Source of the DNA: a virus
Lineage: Duplodnaviria > Heunggongvirae > Uroviricota > Caudoviricetes
Strand: one strand, 5' to 3'
DNA: 22,346 bases
IMG/VR virus record: IMGVR_UViG_3300045988_116769
A program made the translations under genes and the position numbers. Below the pieces are notes generated by a model. The model saw only the letters and a list, made by a program, of their open reading frames with translations, searched no databases and was not told the DNA's origin. Below are positions 15,643-22,346 of this stretch, piece after piece. Position 1 is the first letter of the stretch, and every line of letters starts with the position of its first letter.

Positions 15643-17952
15643 TTAATTAAATCCCGGCCACTCATCATTTACCGGATACCTGAAGTTTACCCCCTCATAA
15701 TTTACGGTTGCCCCACGCGCCAGCGCCTCAAGCTCCCATCGCTGAGGCCTGATACCGTTCTGACCAAGGTCAACGCGGATACGGGGGATTTGCATTCGTT
15801 CCGACCGGGTCAGTCTGGCCGAAGGCGCAATTTCATGCGGTTTTAACGGGCTTCCGTTTCTTTGCTGACGATTTGGTGTTCTCAGTTCGTGTTTTAATGC
15901 CCCCCTGAGCGCCCTCACGACATCCGGGTCATTCCATTCGATAACACCGTCATCGACCAGATTAAGCACGGCTGCGGCATGTTCAGAAGGTGTGGGAGCC
16001 GTTAACGAAGTATCACTGCCGGTGAACTTTCCACAGTTATTGACAGGACTCCGAGGCGCGGCGATGCCGCTTTTTAAAGTCAAAGGCTCAACGACCGGAA
16101 CTTTCGGCACAATGCGCCAGTCCGTCGTTCTGGTGATATGAATATGACGCGCGCCGAGATGCGGCGCGTAAATGCCGACCACTCTCCCGACTTCTTCCTC
16201 GTACTCGTTAACGTCATCCGACGGGCTACGGGCGACTCTGACAGTCTGGCAATCACGCGGAACATTTGCCCCACCCTGCGCGCTGATATACAACGCAAAA
16301 TCACCACTGTCTGCGGCGGCACGTGCAGCCTCAACGCGTTCGTCAAACTCATCAGCAATGCTGACGCCGCGAGGCAATTTGCGTAGTTCACGGTAAGCCC
16401 CCATTGTCGGCAGGCCAACCGTTTTAAATTGCGGGATGCGCCACGTTGACGCCCATGCGGTAACAGCCGCAGCAGTATCTTTCAGCGGCCTGCCGGTATC
16501 GTTATCGAGCTGACCATCCAGTGCATAGCCATCGATGTTTTTTGAGATGTATTTCGCGATATACCCCGCAGCACCGCCCCGGTTAAGATGTTTTGCCTGA
16601 AAACGGTTTCGCGCGGCTCCTCTTTCGTCGCCATCCTCTTTGAGCGCATAGCGACGCATGATTTCGATAATCTGGTTACGCTGGCGTGGATTACAAAAAA
16701 GCATCATATGCCAGTGCGGCGTTCCGTCGTGGTGTGGCTCGACGACTCGCAAACCGTAGACCTGTAAATCATTATCCTTGAATGCCGTGCGCATCAGGCT
16801 CCAGATACGGCAGAGATAACGCTGCGCATCCTTTGGATTAAATGCCTCATCGTTCCAGCCGTGATTAAGCTGAACGGTTTTACTTTCGCCTTTTCTGACC
16901 TGACGAGTCGGGTGATACTTTGACGGCGCGGTCAGCGTGATAAACATCCCCACATCACCCTCTGCGGCGGCGTAACGCTCAATACCGGCAATGGTGTTCA
17001 TCAGCTCCATCCGGCGAATTTCAGGATTAGAAATACTGCCCATCACCTTACTGATAAGGTCGATGCGCTCGCCGGTTTCCCTGTTTTCAAGGTCACACGA
17101 TTTAAGAAATTCCAGATTTGCCTGGCGGCGCGCACGCACATCACGAATGGCGTGTTTACTGGCATAAGGAGAACGGTCTTTATTGACCTCCCCGACAGCT
17201 ATCAGTAACGCTTCATGCCAGCGCATACGCTGGCCTTTAAGCTGATGAGTCCACCACTCATCGTTAAACAGACGGGCAATGGCAGAATATGCCTGCCTCG
17301 TGGTCATCTGCCCTTTACGGTATTTTTTCCAGTAGAGAGGGGAAATATTGAAAGCACGTGCAGCGCCAGCAACATGACCATAGAGGTGAGCCTGCGCCTC
17401 ATCCGTAAACAGCGATTCTTTTTCGCCATGCGCATCCACCCAGGCATCGCTGAGTTCCTCATACATCATGAAAAGCTGCGATGAGATACGGGCAGCAAAC
17501 TTTTTCAGCTCCTTGTCATTCATTCCCGGCAGGCGCGCATAGTGGTCACGCTCTGCCAGAAACAGTAACGACGCGTCGGTGTTCATTTCATGGCGCTGAT
17601 TCACACGCTCAATGCGCGGCCATAAACGACGCTGAAAAGTGGATGTGAGGAAATAAAACCCGTGTACCGGGCTTTTATTGCGCCGGATGTAGTCATAGCG
17701 TGAAGTAAACAGCGAGCGCAAAAAGTAAGGCAGGCGGTTAATCGTGGATAAAACACCTTGCACCTGACGCATCTCGTCACGTGTAAGGGGTCTTTCGCGC
17801 CCGACGGCCTCGCGTGGCGCGTTCCATGCATAAGCACCGGTAAACGCCTTACCGGTGCCTGCAGCAAATGCTGAAGGAGGGACAAAACGCCCGGAGGCTT
17901 TAACGGCCATATGAGCCAAAAGCCTCTGAACAACGCCTGCTGAGTTGCTCAA
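15643..17952 (-). CDS. A: Replication initiation protein A (rolling-circle nickase)
   Basis: 769-aa ORF containing MAVKASGRFVPPSAFAAGTGKAFTGAYAWNAPREAVGRERPLTRDEMRQ, matching P2 gpA as I recall it. True start may be the internal Met at 17910 (755 aa). Confidence 0.9.
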   Translation of the reverse strand: MSNSAGVVQRLLAHMAVKASGRFVPPSAFAAGTGKAFTGAYAWNAPREAVGRERPLTRDEMRQVQGVLSTINRLPYFLRSLFTSRYDYIRRNKSPVHGFYFLTSTFQRRLWPRIERVNQRHEMNTDASLLFLAERDHYARLPGMNDKELKKFAARISSQLFMMYEELSDAWVDAHGEKESLFTDEAQAHLYGHVAGAARAFNISPLYWKKYRKGQMTTRQAYSAIARLFNDEWWTHQLKGQRMRWHEALLIAVGEVNKDRSPYASKHAIRDVRARRQANLEFLKSCDLENRETGERIDLISKVMGSISNPEIRRMELMNTIAGIERYAAAEGDVGMFITLTAPSKYHPTRQVRKGESKTVQLNHGWNDEAFNPKDAQRYLCRIWSLMRTAFKDNDLQVYGLRVVEPHHDGTPHWHMMLFCNPRQRNQIIEIMRRYALKEDGDERGAARNRFQAKHLNRGGAAGYIAKYISKNIDGYALDGQLDNDTGRPLKDTAAAVTAWASTWRIPQFKTVGLPTMGAYRELRKLPRGVSIADEFDERVEAARAAADSGDFALYISAQGGANVPRDCQTVRVARSPSDDVNEYEEEVGRVVGIYAPHLGARHIHITRTTDWRIVPKVPVVEPLTLKSGIAAPRSPVNNCGKFTGSDTSLTAPTPSEHAAAVLNLVDDGVIEWNDPDVVRALRGALKHELRTPNRQQRNGSPLKPHEIAPSARLTRSERMQIPRIRVDLGQNGIRPQRWELEALARGATVNYEGVNFRYPVNDEWPGFN

Positions 17953-18175
17953 CCTGCGCGTTTAAATCAGCAAAAGACTTTGCGCTTCCGGTCAGAATAT
18001 CGTGATGCATCAGGCCGGAAACGAGCTGGCTTAATTTCGGATAATAACCAACCACCGCCAGCCATTCCTGACCGGCGTTTTTACCGCTTTCCGCTCTCTT
18101 TTTCTCGTGGAGAATAAACTGAAAGCTGTCACTGGTAACGACATAACGTTCGCCAATTTCAATACGAATACTCAT
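17900..18175 (-). CDS. Hypothetical early-region protein (P2 orf83 position)
   Basis: 91-aa ORF immediately upstream of A in the same orientation. Confidence 0.5.
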   Translation of the reverse strand: MSIRIEIGERYVVTSDSFQFILHEKKRAESGKNAGQEWLAVVGYYPKLSQLVSGLMHHDILTGSAKSFADLNAQVEQLSRRCSEAFGSYGR

Positions 18176-18396
18176 GCCGTTCTCCGGTAATGTTTGTTTT
18201 TTGCTTCAAAGACTGACTGGCAGGAAACACAACGCGTGGCTGACGGATAAGCCGCACGACGGGCAGCAGGTATTGGCGCGTCACACTCTTCGCAAACCAG
18301 CGCAGAAGCTCCGCAATGTTTTACCCTTGCCGCGTTAATCTGACGCTCCAGTAATTCAGCCTGTTGTTCCTGAATAAAATCTACGTTGTCCGGCAT
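18172..18396 (-). CDS. TraR/DksA-family C4 zinc-finger protein (P2 orf82 position)
   Basis: 74-aa ORF with CEEC-x17-CVSC (C-x2-C ... C-x2-C) motif typical of TraR/DksA zinc fingers; 4-nt overlaps with neighbours. Confidence 0.65.
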   Translation of the reverse strand: MPDNVDFIQEQQAELLERQINAARVKHCGASALVCEECDAPIPAARRAAYPSATRCVSCQSVFEAKNKHYRRTA

Positions 18397-18701
18397 TACC
18401 AGTTCCTTTTGTCGTTAAGTTTTTTAAATTCATCAGCGCAATAGCTGGCAATTTCTGTCGTTAATTTCGTCAGTTCATCCACGGAGGAGATTTGCTTGTG
18501 AAATACAGCGCGTTTAACAAGTAAATTGACCACATCAGACAGGAGATTTAATTCGTTCTGATAAATCGCGATAACAGACTCAGTTATTTCGCGTTTTTCT
18601 TTATCAAGACCAAGTTGAATAAGAGATAGATCGCCATTTTTCATAACGGTGATTTTTAAGGCGTTATTCAGTAATACAACTGAACGAGAACAGGACATCA
18701 A
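18396..18701 (-). CDS. Hypothetical early-region protein (P2 orf81 position)
   Basis: 101-aa ORF in the B-to-A operon, translationally coupled to neighbours. Confidence 0.5.
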   Translation of the reverse strand: MMSCSRSVVLLNNALKITVMKNGDLSLIQLGLDKEKREITESVIAIYQNELNLLSDVVNLLVKRAVFHKQISSVDELTKLTTEIASYCADEFKKLNDKRNW

Positions 18702-18955
18702 AGCACCTCCCCGCGAGACAATCCGATATTGTGAAATTTTTCCGACTCCTGACTGAGCAGCTCGACTATCTCTACGCGGGATAACTCCGCCTTTGTGATG
18801 TGGCGAATCATGGCGTCAAGATGAGAAGAAAAGCGCGTCGCTGCGTCGGCCTGTGCTTCGGTTCTGGCCTGTTGCAGCAGTAATGCGTATTTACCGCACT
18901 GATTTTCAGAAACTGTATGCATGACTTTCTCCAAGCAAAAAGAAGCCCCGCACAA
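18698..18955 (-). CDS. Hypothetical early-region protein (P2 orf80 position)
   Basis: 85-aa ORF between B and the orf81-position gene, same orientation. Confidence 0.5.
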   Translation of the reverse strand: MCGASFCLEKVMHTVSENQCGKYALLLQQARTEAQADAATRFSSHLDAMIRHITKAELSRVEIVELLSQESEKFHNIGLSRGEVL

Positions 18956-18985
18956 TTAAGTGCGTTAAAAACTCTGGTTAATTAC

Positions 18986-19486
18986 TTAATGCAGATATTG
19001 CTCTGGTTTTACCGACGTCAGAATTGTCGGTGCATACTCAAACAGGCTGAATAATTCACGTAATGCACGGAATAAGGCATCACGCCAGTAACATGATTCT
19101 TCATTAATTCGCCAGTATGGCTGGTTGAATTCTTTTTCAGTCAATCCGGCATGCATAAATAAAGTACGGCGCTGACTGACAGTTAAAAAGCTAATATATG
19201 CATACTCACTTGCACCGACCTGACGGCGTTTTGAGAATGCCCCACGCAGTTCATCAATTGCACAAACCAGCCGTTCACGTTCGACGTCGTTCATTTCTTC
19301 AAAACGCATCGTTGCGTGACGCTGTTTTAACTGCGCATGGAAGCAAACCGTTAGCCGTTCGCGTTCCATCATCTGATTATAATAATCGCATGTCTCCTGC
19401 CAGCGAGGGACGGCCAGATGCTTACCAATTATCCGGCGCATAGCTGCTGGCTGTTTTTCAACGAGATTGAGCGTCATCACTGTCAT
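18986..19486 (-). CDS. B: Replication protein B
   Basis: 166-aa ORF, same length and position as P2 gpB (between cox/orf78 and the small orfs before A). Confidence 0.75.
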   Translation of the reverse strand: MTVMTLNLVEKQPAAMRRIIGKHLAVPRWQETCDYYNQMMERERLTVCFHAQLKQRHATMRFEEMNDVERERLVCAIDELRGAFSKRRQVGASEYAYISFLTVSQRRTLFMHAGLTEKEFNQPYWRINEESCYWRDALFRALRELFSLFEYAPTILTSVKPEQYLH

Positions 19487-19677
19487 TTCCAGACCCTCCG
19501 GCTTTTCAGAAAGGTCAGAGCCTTTTTTAACGGACTCTGTTTTTTGGTGCGGATAATGATTCCCTTACGCCCCTTACCGTGGGTGATGGTGAAGTCAATC
19601 GCCCTGGGGCTTTCGTTACGCAATAACTGAGCAATACAACGAGGCTCATTCATACGGTTCTCCTTAACGTGGTTCAC
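19483..19677 (-). CDS. Hypothetical early protein (P2 orf78 position)
   Basis: 64-aa basic ORF between cox and B, overlapping both ends. Confidence 0.5.
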   Translation of the reverse strand: MNHVKENRMNEPRCIAQLLRNESPRAIDFTITHGKGRKGIIIRTKKQSPLKKALTFLKSRRVWK

Positions 19678-19939
19678 CGAGACCTAACCACATCAACCAG
19701 CCGTCACGAATCTCTTTAGGACGGCTTTCATAAGCCAGTTTTAGTCCGTTATTCCATGCCGGAAGGTATACCCAATATTCACCAGCACGCCCCGATACTG
19801 ACTGAGGGTCAGTAATCTCAATAACTGGTAATTTCCCTTTCTCAATCATGCCCCTTACAGCTCTTGGAGTTTTACCAATGAGTTTTGCAAACTCCTGATA
19901 AGGCACGGCATCAGTCACGCTTACAAGCTGTCTATTCAT
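19664..19939 (-). CDS. cox: Cox (early-operon repressor / excisionase-like directionality factor)
   Basis: 91-aa ORF, same length as P2 Cox; first gene of the minus-strand early operon, divergent from C. Confidence 0.8.
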   Translation of the reverse strand: MNRQLVSVTDAVPYQEFAKLIGKTPRAVRGMIEKGKLPVIEITDPQSVSGRAGEYWVYLPAWNNGLKLAYESRPKEIRDGWLMWLGLGEPR

Positions 19940-20060
19940 CTGCTACGATTCTCCCTTAGTGCTTCTAATGGCTCCTAATGGCTAATTATTGCCTAAAAGG
20001 ATAACTCCAGAAGCGCAACATCTCACACTATCAGCAAGAAATTACGCAATCGGAGTAATT
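19940..20060. promoter_or_regulatory. Immunity switch region: divergent early (toward cox) and repressor (toward C) promoters with candidate operator repeats
   Basis: Intergenic between divergent cox and C. Tandem direct repeat GCTTCTAATG / GCTCCTAATG / GCTAATTA at 19961-19988. Confidence 0.5.
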
Positions 20061-20360
20061 ATGTCAATAGACGTTTCGGAGAAGTTGAAGCTAATCCGTG
20101 AATCTGAAAGGTTAAACCGTAAAGAATTCAGTGAATTAACTGGTGTAGCCTACAGCTCACTTTCGAGCTATGAGAGCCGGTCAAAAAACGCTGGAGTTGA
20201 AGCCATAATGAAGGTCTTACAACATCCCAGATTTACTAAATATACTTTGTGGTTCATGACTGATCAGGTAGCTCCAGAAGCCGGGCAAATTGCGCCCGCT
20301 CTCGCACACTTTGGGCAAAACGAAACAACGTCGCCCCACTCCGGTCAAAAGACTGGTTAA
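20061..20360 (+). CDS. C: Immunity repressor C
   Basis: Start MSIDVSEKLKLIRESERLNRKEFSELTGVAYSSLSSYESR at 20061 gives 99 aa as in P2 C (HTH). C-terminus ...QIAPALAHFGQNETTSPHSGQKTG matches P2 C from memory. The track ORF starts 24 codons upstream. Confidence 0.85.
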   Translation: MSIDVSEKLKLIRESERLNRKEFSELTGVAYSSLSSYESRSKNAGVEAIMKVLQHPRFTKYTLWFMTDQVAPEAGQIAPALAHFGQNETTSPHSGQKTG

Positions 20361-20475
20361 CAATTTATCGCGAATATATTCATCACAAGTGCCTACTATT
20401 GGTGGCTAAATTTCAGCCACCACGAAAAAAGCGATTAGTAGTAGCAAAAAAAAGTACCACTCGGAGGGTTTTCTG

Positions 20476-21489
20476 ATGGCAATCAAAAAACTCGATGATG
20501 GTCGATATGAAGTGGACATCCGCCCTACTGGACGTAACGGAAAACGCATCCGTAGGAAGTTTGATAAGAAAAGCGAAGCTGTCGCTTTCGAAAAATACAC
20601 GTTGTACAACCACCACAATAAAGAATGGCTATCAAAACCAACAGACAAACGACGTCTGTCGGAACTGACACAGATCTGGTGGGATTTAAAGGGTAAACAC
20701 GAAGAGCATGGGAAATCTAATCTTGGAAAAATTGAAATCTTCACAAAAATAACGAATGACCCATGCGCATTTCAAATCACGAAATCCCTTATCAGCCAGT
20801 ACTGCGCCACCCGAAGAAGTCAGGGTATTAAACCTTCGAGTATCAATCGTGATTTAACATGTATTAGCGGCATGTTTACAGCCCTGATTGAAGCGGAGTT
20901 ATTCTTTGGTGAGCACCCTATCAGAGGGACAAAGAGGCTTAAGGAGGAAAAACCAGAAACAGGCTATCTCACACAGGAAGAAATTGCCTTACTGCTTGCA
21001 GCACTTGACGGCGACAACAAAAAGATTGCGATTCTTTGCCTGAGTACAGGAGCACGTTGGGGAGAAGCAGCTCGTTTGAAAGCAGAAAATATCATCCATA
21101 ACCGCGTCACGTTTGTTAAAACGAAAACAAACAAACCACGCACCGTCCCGATCTCAGAGGCTGTTGCCAAAATGATCGCGGATAACAAACGAGGTTTTTT
21201 ATTCCCTGATGCTGATTACCCTCGCTTCAGACGAACAATGAAAGCAATAAAACCGGATTTGCCAACGGGGCAAGCCACACATGCACTAAGGCACAGCTTT
21301 GCCACTCATTTCATGATTAATGGAGGAAGTATTATCACGCTACAACGGATACTAGGTCACACGCGGATTGAGCAAACTATGGTTTACGCTCATTTTGCGC
21401 CAGAGTACCTTCAGGACGCCATTTCTCTTAATCCGCTAAGAGGTGGTACTGAAGCCGAGAGTGTCCACACAGTGTCCACAGTAGAGTAA
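20476..21489 (+). CDS. int: Tyrosine integrase
   Basis: 337-aa ORF starting MAIKKLDDGRYEVDIRPTGRNGKRIRRKFDKKSEAVAFEKY, essentially the P2 Int sequence as I recall it; C-terminal HALRHSF ... GHTRIEQTMVYAHF holds the catalytic His/Arg/Tyr. Confidence 0.95.
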   Translation: MAIKKLDDGRYEVDIRPTGRNGKRIRRKFDKKSEAVAFEKYTLYNHHNKEWLSKPTDKRRLSELTQIWWDLKGKHEEHGKSNLGKIEIFTKITNDPCAFQITKSLISQYCATRRSQGIKPSSINRDLTCISGMFTALIEAELFFGEHPIRGTKRLKEEKPETGYLTQEEIALLLAALDGDNKKIAILCLSTGARWGEAARLKAENIIHNRVTFVKTKTNKPRTVPISEAVAKMIADNKRGFLFPDADYPRFRRTMKAIKPDLPTGQATHALRHSFATHFMINGGSIITLQRILGHTRIEQTMVYAHFAPEYLQDAISLNPLRGGTEAESVHTVSTVE

Positions 21490-21568
21490 CGTTTAAGGGC
21501 TTTCAGTGGTAATTTATGCCACTCAAACCCGCATTGTACCGTTGAAAGCCCCTACTGGTGACACCCTA

Positions 21569-21595
21569 AATCTCCCTTACACGGGCTTATTTTTT
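21569..21595. other. att core (27 bp) at the int-proximal prophage/host junction
   Basis: AATCTCCCTTACACGGGCTTATTTTTT is the reverse complement of the P2 att core AAAAAATAAGCCCGTGTAAGGGAGATT as I recall it; lies 80 nt after the int stop. Confidence 0.75.
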
Positions 21596-21752
21596 ATGCA
21601 TAAGCCGTATCCTGGTCACCGTCTTCCATTGACCACATCGATAGAATCCCCCTTCATAACACGATGCCTTTCACGTAACGGCATCGTGCTCGTACAGATT
21701 CCGGCTACGCACAACCAGAACGCGCATGTTTGACGCTTACCAAAAAATATTC

Positions 21753-22070
21753 TCACTCTCCACATTTGAATGTCAGACGAGCGACGCCATGTAATCCTGC
21801 ACCTTCTGTCTTCAGGTCAACTATCTGCATTTTTTTTCCCTGAGTAACACAGAAATGAGCTGCATCATTTTTTACTATATTTTCTGCACCAGAAATTCTG
21901 CCCCTGGCTAAAGAAGCTTCGGCTTCGGTGTAGTATTGGTTATCGAGTTTACGCTGAATATTACTTTTATATGCAAGGCCAAATTTACCGATACTTGTCT
22001 CATCATTATGCACAGCACAACCAGACATAAGAAAAACACTAATTAATGATATAGCAGCTATCTTTTTCAT
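21753..22070 (-). CDS. Host-side small lipoprotein (hypothetical)
   Basis: Start MKKIAAISLISVFLMSGCAVHNDE: signal peptide plus lipobox LMSGC, 105 aa; the track ORF has a 20-codon upstream extension. AT-rich, outside the att core. Confidence 0.55.
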   Translation of the reverse strand: MKKIAAISLISVFLMSGCAVHNDETSIGKFGLAYKSNIQRKLDNQYYTEAEASLARGRISGAENIVKNDAAHFCVTQGKKMQIVDLKTEGAGLHGVARLTFKCGE

Positions 22071-22296
22071 CTTACCTTCCCCCATTAAATACCAACGACA
22101 CGCTCTGGTGTTTAAATATAATAATGGCATGATTATTATATTTGAATAGGATTATAATAAATGTTCTGTACAACATTTCCTACATAAGTAGGAATTACAG
22201 ACACGGATGCCCTTCCGGGTAACCCCATGGGGGGGTTAGTATATTTTTAATAGTATATTGAAGATGCCACTGTTTAGTTGAATATTAGGTATATGC

Positions 22297-22346
22297 CTGT
22301 CTCTTATACACATCTGACGCTGCCGACGAAGAGGATAGTGTAGATC
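22297..22346. other. Illumina Nextera adapter (Tn5 mosaic end, adapter, 8-nt index, flow-cell primer start); not biological
   Basis: CTGTCTCTTATACACATCT (mosaic end, reverse complement), GACGCTGCCGACGA, AGAGGATA (reverse complement of TATCCTCT, which I recall as index N503/S503), then GTGTAGATC. Confidence 0.9.

Noticed and set aside
16080-16418. Short ORFs inside gene A on both strands (16080-16418, 16138-16386, 16172-16396, 17215-17484, 17601-17933)
   Set aside because: Nested within the 769-aa replication gene A; no ribosome-binding sites or plausible products.
20406-20744. 112-aa minus-strand ORF overlapping the int start, and the hairpin GGTGGCT-N7-AGCCACC at 20401-20421
   Set aside because: The ORF is antisense to the well-supported int gene. 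The hairpin has no following T-run on either strand, so it is not called as a terminator, though it could be a regulatory structure between C and int.
21569-21595. Integration into a tRNA gene
   Set aside because: No tRNA-like cloverleaf or conserved tRNA 3' end was seen adjacent to the core; P2-type att sites are not tRNA-associated.
21506-21733. 75-aa plus-strand ORF spanning the att core
   Set aside because: Crosses the phage/host junction, has no ribosome-binding site, and would be an artefact of integration rather than a gene.

Overview
The window is most of a P2-family (Peduovirus-like) temperate prophage in an enterobacterial host, with one foreign cargo gene in its known variable slot. 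Gene order, protein lengths and N-terminal sequences match phage P2 as I recall it; nothing was searched against a database. Minus strand, 1-9679: tail fibre H (partial, runs off the window start), baseplate I-J-W-V, tail completion S-R, lysis cassette lysC/lysB/lysA/K/Y, X, head completion L, terminase subunit M, capsid N, scaffold O. Plus strand: terminase ATPase P, portal Q, a rho-independent terminator, then the 19-nt cos site (12827-12845). An AT-rich cargo island of about 2.5 kb (roughly 12.9-15.4 kb) sits where P2 carries tin/old, and holds a single 739-aa ORF. That ORF has a split ABC/SMC-type ATPase head (Walker A, LSEGEK signature, Walker B with D-loop, H-loop) around a long coiled-coil insert with a CxxC motif, plus a C-terminal domain of about 165 aa. 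I read it as a candidate single-gene anti-phage or abortive-infection module of the AAA_13 / RloC-PrrC type; this is the most interesting element. After it come replication gene A, four small orfs, B, an orf78-like gene and cox (minus), then repressor C and integrase (plus), the 27-bp att core (21569-21595) and about 700 bp of AT-rich host flank with a lipoprotein gene. The last 50 bases (22297-22346) are an Illumina Nextera adapter with an index, so the contig end is a library artefact. No tRNA, rRNA or CRISPR array was seen.
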